A model generated the notes under the pieces. The model was not told where the DNA came from, made no database searches, and saw only the letters and a list, made by a program, of their open reading frames with translations. Source: a virus. From it: a stretch of DNA of 64,000 nucleotides. Location of the stretch: positions 1-64,000 of IMG/VR virus record IMGVR_UViG_3300013132_000023. One strand, given 5' to 3'. The translations under genes were made by a program, and so were the position numbers. This document shows positions 9,087 to 18,662 of the stretch, in pieces. Every line of letters starts with the position of its first letter. Within the stretch, counting starts at the first letter, position 1.

Positions 9087-9095
9087 TGGTGTACT
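9087..9095 (+). promoter_or_regulatory. degenerate candidate late promoter TGGTGTACT (rightward)
   Basis: Two mismatches to TAGTGTATT, at the head of the rightward gene block. Confidence 0.35.
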
Positions 9096-9213
9096 ATCTA
9101 GTACTGTGCCCCCAAGTAAGGGGACACATGCTAAGCGATTCGTTATCCTTCAATCACAAACACCCTACAAGGGATGTTGTGACATCAAACAGGTATTCTG
9201 TCTTCAACTTTTC

Positions 9214-9504
9214 ATGGAAACCATCATTACATCAGAAAAAGACCTCAGGGAGTACAAACATCCCTTTTCGCATAACGTGAGGATGGTACATTTTAAGATG
9301 GTTGGGATTGGTCCTAATACGTTGGCACAAGCAGAGTATCTAGGTGCTAAAGTTTGCGATATTGCCACTATTCAACCTGGATATTTCGTCATTAGCGGCG
9401 ATGGTAACGGCTTGCGACAAGCAATGCATGATTTAGTAGATCGTTTTTGTAACGCCCAGGAGGGGAAACATGAGTCAGAGAATTCGAAGAGCACAGGATC
9501 GTAA
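9214..9504 (+). CDS. hypothetical protein
   Basis: Start reassigned to METIITSEK. Confidence 0.6.
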   Translation: METIITSEKDLREYKHPFSHNVRMVHFKMVGIGPNTLAQAEYLGAKVCDIATIQPGYFVISGDGNGLRQAMHDLVDRFCNAQEGKHESENSKSTGS

Positions 9505-9763
9505 GAACGAGGGTGCAACAATGGCAACTGGTGGTCACGTCGTTCATCATGATCGTGGTGAAACTCCCGTTGTTCGTACGCCACCGTCAAAGGCGACTGG
9601 AGATGTGTCCGGTAATCCGGCTGGTTTTGCACAAGCTTCTCCTTTTTTCAAGAAACTAGAACAAGAGAAGCCTAAGTCAAAAGCCGATGAGAAAAAGGCA
9701 ATTGCCGAGGCTTCGACGCCTGTAAAAGAAGACGAGAAGAAGAAAGAACAAGAAAAAGCTTAA
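9470..9763 (+). CDS. charged low-complexity protein
   Basis: GGAGG RBS; Lys/Glu-rich tail. Confidence 0.65.
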   Translation: MSQRIRRAQDRKNEGATMATGGHVVHHDRGETPVVRTPPSKATGDVSGNPAGFAQASPFFKKLEQEKPKSKADEKKAIAEASTPVKEDEKKKEQEKA

Positions 9764-9767
9764 TGAT

Positions 9768-10358
9768 ATGTCACTAGCCGTAGCACCAAGCGGTACTCCC
9801 ACCTACGACGATGTGGCAGGTGTCATTGAAGCTTTAGTACACACAGAGGGGCGAAAATATCCGATCCCTGGGATGGATTTTGAAGATACAGCCCAGGAAA
9901 TTAGGCTTGAATGCGTGCGTGTGTTGAAGTTTTACGACCCAACTCGTATTGGTCCCTCTCCATATAAATTTCTTCAAACGTGTGTACGGAACTTTCTGTA
10001 CAATCAACGTAGAGGAATTTGGGTTCCGAATAACCCTCCGTGCGTTAGATGTCCGTTATGGGACAAAGTACGCAAGACGTGTACTATTGAAGAAGTGGGA
10101 TGCGACAAGATTGTAGAGTATCGAGAGAACATGTCTATTAAGGCAGATCTTAAGAAGCCGTCTACTATTGAAAGTGACGTTCTAGATTCGATTCAAGAAG
10201 CGGAATTTGAAGCAATGCTTTTAGATCAAAGTATACGTCAGGCATTGCCTTTAAACTTGATTGAATACTACGAACGCATGATTATTGGTGAATATATTCC
10301 GGTTCGCATTAAACACCAGATTCGTGACATTGTAACGAGCATAATCAACAATGCCTAA
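9768..10358 (+). CDS. phage sigma70-family-like factor with Cys4 insertion
   Basis: Region-2-like DFEDTAQEIRL...YDPTR...FLQTCVRNFLYN; CVRC-x9-C-x6-C; short C-terminus without a clear region 4 HTH. Confidence 0.75.
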   Translation: MSLAVAPSGTPTYDDVAGVIEALVHTEGRKYPIPGMDFEDTAQEIRLECVRVLKFYDPTRIGPSPYKFLQTCVRNFLYNQRRGIWVPNNPPCVRCPLWDKVRKTCTIEEVGCDKIVEYRENMSIKADLKKPSTIESDVLDSIQEAEFEAMLLDQSIRQALPLNLIEYYERMIIGEYIPVRIKHQIRDIVTSIINNA

Positions 10359-11130
10359 GTCATTTTCAGAAGACCAACGCAATATGGTACGTGAACTTGC
10401 TTCACAGGGCAAGTCACATATGGACATTGCAACGATAATGTCTGAGCGTTTTCCCGCCGATTGGAATGCCAAAAACGCAAATCGTACGGTTGCTCGTATC
10501 ATTCGTGAAGCACAAACTCCTGAAGTCATTCAAGAGAAAGCACTGCCTAAAACGTTAGACGAAATGACTCGCGAAGAGCGTTCTCGTTTTATTGAATCTA
10601 GAATACAGATTACGCCTCGTTTTCGCATGGCGTTTCAGAACTTTACTAACACAGACAAAGACGTATTCATCGATGAATACATGAACGTGGTTCGTTCTAC
10701 AGAAACGCTAACCGAGGTTGAAGAACAAGCGTTGTTTGCTTCAATCCTTGAACTTATTCTAGCTTTTCAAGCCCTCAATCGTAAAGAGAAAGAGGAGACT
10801 TGGCGTGATCAGTCTATGAGCGGTGAGATTCCTGATACTGATCCACGCTATAGACGCATTGTAGACGACAAGTACCAACGCGAATACGATCAGCACATGA
10901 AGCTTTATCAGAAAGGCATGAGCGAATTGAAGATGTCCCGTAAGGACAGACTAAAAGAAGTACGTTCTCACAAACAGACGCTTGTTGATTTGGCAGAGGA
11001 ACTTTCAACCAAAAACGCACAATCCGAAGTAGCAGACGAAATTGAACGTTTGTCAAAACTAAAAGATGGCGAACTTAAGCGTCTGTTAGACCTGGGACAT
11101 ATACATGGTGTGTTTGAGGAATACCTATGA
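10351..11130 (+). CDS. N-terminal HTH plus coiled-coil protein (terminase small subunit or transcription co-factor candidate)
   Basis: FSEDQRNMVRELASQGKSHMDIA HTH-like; helical remainder; overlaps the sigma stop. Confidence 0.45.
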   Translation: MPKSFSEDQRNMVRELASQGKSHMDIATIMSERFPADWNAKNANRTVARIIREAQTPEVIQEKALPKTLDEMTREERSRFIESRIQITPRFRMAFQNFTNTDKDVFIDEYMNVVRSTETLTEVEEQALFASILELILAFQALNRKEKEETWRDQSMSGEIPDTDPRYRRIVDDKYQREYDQHMKLYQKGMSELKMSRKDRLKEVRSHKQTLVDLAEELSTKNAQSEVADEIERLSKLKDGELKRLLDLGHIHGVFEEYL

Positions 11131-12065
11131 AGATTGCAATGCTTTATGCCTCTTGGGAGAACTTCGGCGAGAAGTGGTCTACTCCTTTTGGAATACGACA
11201 AGAACTTCAGTCTCGTGGTCATGAAGTAAGACACTACAACTTGTATCATGATGATGGCATTTTGTTTCCAAATAACATACGACATTATTCCAATCAAGGA
11301 ATTAATCGTTTGTTTCAAGAGTTTTCTGCTAGAACCTTTGTACCCGACGCTATCTTTGTAATGGATTATGGTCCGTGGGACGCAGTTCAATTAGACAAGA
11401 GAAATTTTCCAGGTGTCGTAATTGTCAAAGAATGTGGCGATGAACCACAGTCACATCGTCAGCACTGGAATGCACTTCATCGTGTTCACGTCATGCTTTC
11501 ACCAGACATGCCATGTGTTAGTCGATATCATACTGCTGGATGTCATGCCGTTTACTGGACACATTTTGCAGATACTAGATTGTTCTATCCGCGAGATATT
11601 GCTCCGCAATTTGATTGTGTAACGACATGTGGTCCTCGTGGTAATGGATTAACTGAACAACTCCAAAAGCTGTTAGGTGATCGCTTTAACAATGAGCGTT
11701 ACTTTTATGGCGAAGATCACGCTAAGCGATTACACCTTGGAAAGATGGTATTTCAGTGTTCTCAGTACAAAGAAGTTACTCGTAGGATTTTTGAAGGTAT
11801 GGCCTGTGGTTGTATGGTAATTACTGATCGTTTGCCAGTAGAAACCGGCATGAGCGAAATGTTTATTGAGGGCCAAGATATTGTGTACTATGACAATGCC
11901 GTTGATGCAGCAGAGAAGATTCGTTTCTATGCCGACAACGATGTAGAACGAGAACGTATTGCTCGCAATGGATATAAAAAAGTACTTGCGTGTCACACGC
12001 AGGTACAGCGTGTTGATTTGTTTGAGAATTGTGTTTTGTCAGCAAAGGAAACCTTACTGAAATGA
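11127..12065 (+). CDS. GT-B glycosyltransferase (CgeB/YkvP-like)
   Basis: RIFEGMACG..VITD...F.EG.DIVYY...RERIARNG...HT..QR C-terminal signature. Confidence 0.85.
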   Translation: MKIAMLYASWENFGEKWSTPFGIRQELQSRGHEVRHYNLYHDDGILFPNNIRHYSNQGINRLFQEFSARTFVPDAIFVMDYGPWDAVQLDKRNFPGVVIVKECGDEPQSHRQHWNALHRVHVMLSPDMPCVSRYHTAGCHAVYWTHFADTRLFYPRDIAPQFDCVTTCGPRGNGLTEQLQKLLGDRFNNERYFYGEDHAKRLHLGKMVFQCSQYKEVTRRIFEGMACGCMVITDRLPVETGMSEMFIEGQDIVYYDNAVDAAEKIRFYADNDVERERIARNGYKKVLACHTQVQRVDLFENCVLSAKETLLK

Positions 12066-12592
12066 AAAACTTGATTTTGTTTCTTGCGGCTTTGGCAACT
12101 ATTGTTTCTGTTGTAGTGTTTACATCTAAGACTCCAGCGATTGCTAGCCCTGCTGTTGTTACCGCTGCTATTGTTTCAAACGGTAATCCGTACCTTGGAA
12201 CATCTCCGTCTAGTTTTCCTATGCCAACGGTCGATTGTCCTCCTGGTAACTATTACGTAGACATTAATTGTGCTAAAGCATGTTATGACAAGTATGCACA
12301 GAGAATGTTTGAAATCTATCAAGGTGCTGCTAATGCTTACAATCAGAGTGATTTAAGACGTGTGTCTCAGCTTATCGAAGTAGATAACGCACTAAACGTT
12401 TGTTTGAATGCTAATCCTACCCCGGCTCAAGTTGAGGCATGTGTGCAAGCTGCTCGTGCTCAATACAATCAGATTAATGCCGAACATCAGTCAAGAGTTG
12501 CAGCTATAGCGGCATCTGTAGCTACTGATTCAGCAGCGGCTTTAGGTGACTTTATTGCTTGTGCTGCAAATTGTTGCTATAAAGACCAATGA
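12062..12592 (+). CDS. secreted or membrane-anchored Cys-rich helical protein
   Basis: N-terminal hydrophobic signal; 8 Cys. Confidence 0.65.
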   Translation: MKNLILFLAALATIVSVVVFTSKTPAIASPAVVTAAIVSNGNPYLGTSPSSFPMPTVDCPPGNYYVDINCAKACYDKYAQRMFEIYQGAANAYNQSDLRRVSQLIEVDNALNVCLNANPTPAQVEACVQAARAQYNQINAEHQSRVAAIAASVATDSAAALGDFIACAANCCYKDQ

Positions 12593-13398
12593 CAACTAGC
12601 GAACGCAATCAAGAACTAGGTAAGCCACGTTGGAATTACGATTATCAGTGCTACAAAGACACTGATAACGTTTTTCTGGAACGTGGTTTGTATTCAATTA
12701 TTGTGCTTGCACATGGTCGTCCGGACGTTACTAAACGTTCAGTCTTGTCAACCCTTGATTGCGTTCGCGGTTATTCTGGTGAAATAGAATGGATTTTTAT
12801 AGAGAACGGCAACGATAAGTCTAATCTTGATTTTTTTGATAGTCTTGATTTAGAACGCAAGGTTGTCGTGCGTCAAAAAAACTATGGTATTAACGAAGGA
12901 CTGAATCAAGGCTGGGCTATTTCGCGTGGTGAATTTGTTATGATTCACGAAAACGACTGGAACGCATCTTGTTCAGTTGATTTTTTGTCGATTGCAAACG
13001 ACATTTTTACTGAAAGAGAAGACGTTGGTATCATTCAACTTCGTGATCCTTTTGATCCAAACGAAAATCATGGCTTTGGTAAACCAGAATACAATCCGTG
13101 GTCTTGTTCACGGGATCATGTAGAACGGTCTGGTTTTAAACTTTGGAAAGAGAAAACATCTTGCGGTCATGAATATGACTTAGCAAAGTATCCGAATGGA
13201 TTCAATAACAATCCGGTTTTGATTCGTAAGACATTGTATTACGCTTGTGGACCGTATCCAGAGCCAATCATTGGTTCGGATCCAAGACATGGAGAAACCG
13301 AGTATCAAGAACGTGTAGCAAGAACAAAGTGTTCTATTGCTTACATTGGATTGCCGATATATCGGCATGCTGGACGTGTACAAACACAAGGAGTTTGA
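12589..13398 (+). CDS. GT-A (family 2-like) glycosyltransferase
   Basis: SIIVLAHGR, FIENG, NYGINEGLNQG...GEFVMIHEND (DxD-like). Confidence 0.8.
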   Translation: MTTSERNQELGKPRWNYDYQCYKDTDNVFLERGLYSIIVLAHGRPDVTKRSVLSTLDCVRGYSGEIEWIFIENGNDKSNLDFFDSLDLERKVVVRQKNYGINEGLNQGWAISRGEFVMIHENDWNASCSVDFLSIANDIFTEREDVGIIQLRDPFDPNENHGFGKPEYNPWSCSRDHVERSGFKLWKEKTSCGHEYDLAKYPNGFNNNPVLIRKTLYYACGPYPEPIIGSDPRHGETEYQERVARTKCSIAYIGLPIYRHAGRVQTQGV

Positions 13399-13399
13399 T

Positions 13400-13624
13400 A
13401 TGGTTAAAAATGGCGAAACTGTAGAGGTTGGTGGTGTAACTGCAACTGTTGAAACATCATGGGGTCAAGGCAGACACAGAATGTATCGATTAAGTGATGG
13501 TCGTGAGATTTTGGATTTGCAAGAACTAGTTAAAACTGGTGCCGCTAAGATCATTCCGTCAGTGGTTAAGAATAAGACTTGGCCGGATATGATTCCAAAT
13601 TCTTTGAAGCCAAAAAATGGCTGA
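13400..13624 (+). CDS. hypothetical protein
   Basis: AAGGAG RBS before ATG at 13400. Confidence 0.6.
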   Translation: MVKNGETVEVGGVTATVETSWGQGRHRMYRLSDGREILDLQELVKTGAAKIIPSVVKNKTWPDMIPNSLKPKNG

Positions 13625-13632
13625 GAATAGCA

Positions 13633-14118
13633 ATGGTCAAAGAAAAACCAATACTGATTGTTGACACCAGAGAGAAGACCCCTTGGGACTTTGAAAGTGA
13701 TGATGCTTTCTCTGGTGTCTTGTACACCAAGCTTGATGGTGGTGATTACAGCATTCAGGGCATGGAAAACATCTTGGTTGTCGAACGTAAGGCAACTGTA
13801 GATGAATTGTTTGTGAATTTTACTAAGGATAGAGAACGTATTCGGGCTGAGTTTGAAAGACTCAAAGACCATAAGTTTAGGATTATTGTTATCGAAGAGA
13901 CGTGCGATGACGTTATGAATCCATACAAGTATTACGTAAACAAAAAGGGTATTAATAAGCGAAGTCCAAAAATGCCGGTTGCTGTTGTTGCGTCTGGTCT
14001 CACTAACTTGATGCTTGAACACAACGCAATGGTTATTTTTGGCGGCAGTAGGGCACAGGCTATGGTGCGTGGTATTCTGTTGCGTGCTTGGGAATTGCAT
14101 CAAGCAGGTAAACTATGA
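13633..14118 (+). CDS. ERCC4-domain nuclease
   Basis: VDTRE, GDYS, VERK motifs. Confidence 0.85.
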   Translation: MVKEKPILIVDTREKTPWDFESDDAFSGVLYTKLDGGDYSIQGMENILVVERKATVDELFVNFTKDRERIRAEFERLKDHKFRIIVIEETCDDVMNPYKYYVNKKGINKRSPKMPVAVVASGLTNLMLEHNAMVIFGGSRAQAMVRGILLRAWELHQAGKL

Positions 14119-16157
14119 AGCCGTCTGAGATTCGTAAAATCCGGGGTACACCCTGGAATACTACATGGAGTAGCGATGACGTTCAGGACATTTTTTCTGA
14201 ATGTGGTCCGTTTCATGGATTATACCACATGGCATCATTCAATCTTGCTTGGTTTATTGAAAAGGTGTTCAATAACCAACAAGGCAAACCATTGCGTCTT
14301 GAATCGTTTCAACAGATTATGCTAGATCTTCTATGGAACAAAAAGTTCCCTATGATTCTCGCAACTCGTGGTGCCGGTAAGACATTTATTTTGGCATTGT
14401 ACGCTCTAATGCGAGCCCTTCTTGTTCCTGGTTCTAAGATCGTTATTGTAGGTGCTGGCTTTCGTCAAGCTAAGTTGGTTTTTAAGTACATTGAACAATT
14501 GTACGAATCAAGTCCATTAGTTAAAGAAGCAATCTCACAATGGGGCGGTCCTAAGTACGGTTCTGATGCGGCGACTCTTCGCGTTGGTTTGTCGTCTATC
14601 CAGGCTATTCCTATTGGAGACGGGGAAAAGATCCGTGGTTTGCGTGCTACTGTTTTGATTGCTGACGAATTCGCCTCTATTCCAGAAGACATCTTTGATA
14701 TCGTTATTGCACCATTTACCGCCGTTCACATGAATCCTGCTGAACGTGCTGCTCAAAAACGTTTTGTTGGTCGTTTAAAAGAGCTTGGTGCTGATGATCA
14801 ACTAATCAAAGCTATTGAAAATACACAAGGATTTGGTAACCAGATTGTTATCTCTGGTACGCCAAGCTACAAACACAATCACTTCTATAGACGTTATTGT
14901 GTCTATATGGCTTTCTTGAAGTCTAAAGGCGATGCTGGTCGCCTTAAGCGTGCCCTTGAAGAGCAGCAACTTCAAAGTACTGGTCGATGGCAAGAGATTG
15001 ACGAAGACGACATTAAGCATGCTGAAACAACGTGGAGGCAATATGCTGTTTATCAATTGCCGTACACTGCTTTGCCAGAAGGATTCATGGAAGAAGACAT
15101 CATTCGTACTTCTCGTGCATCTTATCCTGGTCATCGTTTTGCGATGGAGTTTTTGTCGCAATTTCCTGATGATACTGATGGCTTTATTCGTCGATCTTGG
15201 ATTGATAGATCTACGCCTCGTGGTCCAGAACAAATACCAGTTACGGTGGAGTTGTACGGTGATCCTAGAGCTACATACATTATGGGTGTTGACCCTGCTC
15301 GTTGGAACGATAATCTCGGTATCGTTATTCTTAAACTTACTGAACGCGGTAAAGAATTGGTCTATTGTCAAGCGTGGGACAGAACAGAATTTGGTACTTC
15401 GTCACGCAAGATTCGTGAAATAGTTCAACGATTCAATGTGTCGTATCTTGTTATGGACGCTGGTGGTGGTGGAGAACAGATTCGTGAGTGGTTATGTAAG
15501 AAAGTTGATGACGTAGAGCCTCACGAGTTTATTTGGGTTATTCCTGATCAAATGGAAAAGTACACCGGCGACAAAACCGGCATGGCTGCTCCTGGTCGTA
15601 AGATCTTGGAAATGGTTGACTTTACTCCAGCCTGGATTTCACAAGCGGCTCACGGTGTCGAAGCAGACATTGAGCAGGGTAATATTCTGTTCCCATATCA
15701 CGCAGACGACAAGCAAGCATACGAACAATACATGCGTCATTTTCAGTTAGTCACCATAACTGAATCTGAAAAGCAACGTCTACAACATGATTTATGGGGT
15801 ATGGACGATTGGGAAGCAGAGCAAATGTCTGGTCGCAATGGCGAAAAGATTGTGCCTACTTATGGTGTCATGCAAAACATTGACGAATGTCTCAATGAGA
15901 CATGTGCTATCGTTCGCATGGTAAGCACTAAAGGCACTGAGAGTTTCGAGCTACCCAAACTTTCAGAACAGCCGGAAGGCTTAGACATGCGTCGCCGCGA
16001 CCGTTGGTCGGCTTTGATGCTAGCAAATTACGGAGCTAAGGTGTTTTTGGGTACTGGCCATAAACCCAAACCGCTTGTTGGAATGACCCCTAATAAGCGT
16101 CGTCGTACGTCTTATACACAAAGAGGATCACGCGGGCGTGGGTCCGTGAGGTATTAG
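14115..16157 (+). CDS. terL: terminase large subunit
   Basis: Walker A ATRGAGKT, Walker B LIADE, motif III ISGTP, nuclease MGVDPA...RRDRWSA. Confidence 0.9.
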   Translation: MKPSEIRKIRGTPWNTTWSSDDVQDIFSECGPFHGLYHMASFNLAWFIEKVFNNQQGKPLRLESFQQIMLDLLWNKKFPMILATRGAGKTFILALYALMRALLVPGSKIVIVGAGFRQAKLVFKYIEQLYESSPLVKEAISQWGGPKYGSDAATLRVGLSSIQAIPIGDGEKIRGLRATVLIADEFASIPEDIFDIVIAPFTAVHMNPAERAAQKRFVGRLKELGADDQLIKAIENTQGFGNQIVISGTPSYKHNHFYRRYCVYMAFLKSKGDAGRLKRALEEQQLQSTGRWQEIDEDDIKHAETTWRQYAVYQLPYTALPEGFMEEDIIRTSRASYPGHRFAMEFLSQFPDDTDGFIRRSWIDRSTPRGPEQIPVTVELYGDPRATYIMGVDPARWNDNLGIVILKLTERGKELVYCQAWDRTEFGTSSRKIREIVQRFNVSYLVMDAGGGGEQIREWLCKKVDDVEPHEFIWVIPDQMEKYTGDKTGMAAPGRKILEMVDFTPAWISQAAHGVEADIEQGNILFPYHADDKQAYEQYMRHFQLVTITESEKQRLQHDLWGMDDWEAEQMSGRNGEKIVPTYGVMQNIDECLNETCAIVRMVSTKGTESFELPKLSEQPEGLDMRRRDRWSALMLANYGAKVFLGTGHKPKPLVGMTPNKRRRTSYTQRGSRGRGSVRY

Positions 16158-16163
16158 TGTATT
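16155..16163 (+). promoter_or_regulatory. candidate late promoter TAGTGTATT
   Basis: Exact motif; its TAG is the terL stop; precedes the portal gene. Confidence 0.7.
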
Positions 16164-16213
16164 CCCTTCTGGATGATCATATTGCAATTTGATTACCTCA
16201 GGATGCTCTCAAA

Positions 16214-18631
16214 ATGACTAAAACACGCACTAACGCTGCCACGGTACGTCTTCGTCAGGATACTATCGCTAAAATGGCAGATCCCAACGCGATGCTTGGG
16301 GCGGCTACTCGTGCCAATGGCCCTGATAAGTCTCTGGCTTATTTTTATGGCAACATGGGAGATAGCATTGAGCGTCGTTTTAATGGCGATGGCGGAATGC
16401 TTGGAGAAGGAAATGATGGTTTCCAAGGAATCATGGGGGCCGGTAGTTCGTGGCAGGCACAGGGGTTTGGCAACTACTTTGGAAGTGGCTTACTAAACGG
16501 CTTTGGTCGTATGAATTCAGGAGCCCAGGGCGGGACGGGCGGCGGTTTTACGTACTTGCGTCGTTTTTCGTCTAATGCGGCTTTCAATCATTCTCTTATC
16601 GCACAATGCATGATGGCTTATTTAGGCTATGGCGTTGTTCGCAATATCATTGATTTGTATTCTGACTTTGCTACCGAGGGGCTTGAAATTGAGCACCCCG
16701 ACGAGAGCGTGCGTAACTTCTATCGTACATGGGCTACAAAAGTTAAGCTTCGTGATCGTGTGCATTGCATGTTTCTCAATTTGTTCGTTGCTGGAAACGT
16801 CTTCATTCATCGCCGTTGGGCGTCGCTTTCAAACGAAGAAAAGCGTGCCATGAAGCGTTCTAAGTCAGCAGAGAACGTTAAAGATATGTTAGTGATTCGC
16901 GGCAACTCTCGCGATACGACAATTGAAGGGCGTGAAACTGGATTCATCGATTGGTTTTTAAGCCAGAAGGGTGAAATCAATTTGGCCGACGACAGTCAAA
17001 ATGGCAAGGCTATTGCCGAAGCCCCTCCTGCTCCGTCAGAAGAATACACTCCTGAAAATCTTCAAAAGAGAATTCCGTGGGGTTACACGTTCCTGAATCC
17101 CCTGCAAATGGAAATTCGTGGTCGTAAGCTTCGTGGCGATAGTTACTGGATTATGGCCATTGATAAACGTGATACACTTGACATGGCTCGTGGTCTTGGT
17201 ATGCGTAGTTCTTTTAACCAAGAGCTTGGTACTACTGAAGTAAATCTGCCTCGCGAATTCTTGAGTCGCATTCAGTCTTACCAAGGGCCGGGTGCCGGAT
17301 ATTCCGCTGAGGTTAAATTATCGAGAGAAGAATTGATTGTTGTTCAAGCTCCCGGTAAATGGGACTGGTTTGACTGGGCGGTACCTTTCTGCTATCCAGC
17401 CTTGAAGTCGCTTGCATTCAAAGATTGCTTGCGTAACATGGAAATGAAGGCATGTCAGTCTGTTATCAATTCTATCTTCCTTTTCAAGCTTGGTAACATT
17501 GAAAAGGGTATGCCAGCAGAAGATGAACACTTTGAGCGTCTTGCTGATATGTTGCAAATGCCTGGACAGGCTCTTAATATTTTGTGGAATGAGGCTATTG
17601 AAGCAGAAGTAATTCAGGCTGATGTTAAGGGGATTTTTGATACTGGCAAACATGATTCCGTTGACAAGGACATTTTGACGGCACTTGGTGTCCCAGAAGT
17701 TTTGATTGGTGGCAAGGGTAGTAATTTTTCAAACTCTTACGTTGCTGTTGCGACCGTTCTTGAACGTTTAGAGTCATATCGTGAACAGGTGTACGATTGG
17801 CTTTTAAATGAAGTGAAAATTATTGCTGATGCAATGGGTTTTCAAAAGCTTCCTGACATTAAGTTTGGTCGTACAAGTCTTAAGGACGAGAAGGGCTATC
17901 AAGCCTTTTTAACTGGACTTTATGATCGTGGTATTCTGTCTGGTGATACGCTACTTCGTGAAGCTGAAACAACTGCGGAAGTTGAAGCTTCGAAGATGAA
18001 AGAAGAAAAGGATAAGTATCGCGAGAAAGATATCTTCGAACCTAAGGGGCCGTATGTTAAGGATCCTAAGTCTCCTGGTGGTTTGGACAAAAAGTCTAAG
18101 CCAAAAACTCCAAATGGACGCCCTCAGAATTCTAGCACTGGTCCAACCGGCAAGCAGGAAAATCCACGTACGCCTACGGGACAAGGGATTGCTGCTTTGC
18201 TGGAAGCCCAGGAGATTATTTCTCGACGCGGACGCATTGCATTGCAATATCTTGAAGACTTTATTAGTGATCGTGTTTTACAAGCTAAGGCACGCGAAAA
18301 TCCTAATCTCAAGAACGTTAAAAATATGCGTGCAGATGAACGTGAGCGTTTAGAGTGGTTGATCTATAACGTTTTCAGCCACATGCCGCCGCCGCAAGAT
18401 GACGAAGTTAAGATGAATGATGACTTCATTATTAACATGCTTCGTTCAGATGCGTGCGAGACCGTTAAAGTAGAAGTGTTTAATCTCTATACTGACAAGG
18501 TAGCTGATTACAGTAAAACGTATAATAAGGCTCCAACACGCGAAATGCGTCGTCAGTTTATGGTTTCTGCATGGACACAACGAGCAATTATGGAACACCT
18601 TGATCAAAAACCTGACATTCTTCGAATGTGA
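16214..18631 (+). CDS. portal protein
   Basis: Follows terL; VVRNIIDLYSDF, LFVAGNVF, LNPL, ILTALGVPEVLIGG.GSNFS portal-like segments. Confidence 0.8.
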   Translation: MTKTRTNAATVRLRQDTIAKMADPNAMLGAATRANGPDKSLAYFYGNMGDSIERRFNGDGGMLGEGNDGFQGIMGAGSSWQAQGFGNYFGSGLLNGFGRMNSGAQGGTGGGFTYLRRFSSNAAFNHSLIAQCMMAYLGYGVVRNIIDLYSDFATEGLEIEHPDESVRNFYRTWATKVKLRDRVHCMFLNLFVAGNVFIHRRWASLSNEEKRAMKRSKSAENVKDMLVIRGNSRDTTIEGRETGFIDWFLSQKGEINLADDSQNGKAIAEAPPAPSEEYTPENLQKRIPWGYTFLNPLQMEIRGRKLRGDSYWIMAIDKRDTLDMARGLGMRSSFNQELGTTEVNLPREFLSRIQSYQGPGAGYSAEVKLSREELIVVQAPGKWDWFDWAVPFCYPALKSLAFKDCLRNMEMKACQSVINSIFLFKLGNIEKGMPAEDEHFERLADMLQMPGQALNILWNEAIEAEVIQADVKGIFDTGKHDSVDKDILTALGVPEVLIGGKGSNFSNSYVAVATVLERLESYREQVYDWLLNEVKIIADAMGFQKLPDIKFGRTSLKDEKGYQAFLTGLYDRGILSGDTLLREAETTAEVEASKMKEEKDKYREKDIFEPKGPYVKDPKSPGGLDKKSKPKTPNGRPQNSSTGPTGKQENPRTPTGQGIAALLEAQEIISRRGRIALQYLEDFISDRVLQAKARENPNLKNVKNMRADERERLEWLIYNVFSHMPPPQDDEVKMNDDFIINMLRSDACETVKVEVFNLYTDKVADYSKTYNKAPTREMRRQFMVSAWTQRAIMEHLDQKPDILRM

Positions 18632-18633
18632 GT

Positions 18634-18642
18634 TAGAGTATT
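18634..18642 (+). promoter_or_regulatory. candidate late promoter TAGAGTATT
   Basis: One-mismatch motif between the portal stop and an AAGGAG RBS. Confidence 0.6.
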
Positions 18643-18662
18643 ATCTACCAAGGAGATATGAC

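Noticed and set aside
13465-14103. Long antisense ORFs (this one, 14802-15371, 35784-36293 and others)
   Set aside because: Shadows of well-supported genes on the opposite strand, with no RBS or recognisable motifs.
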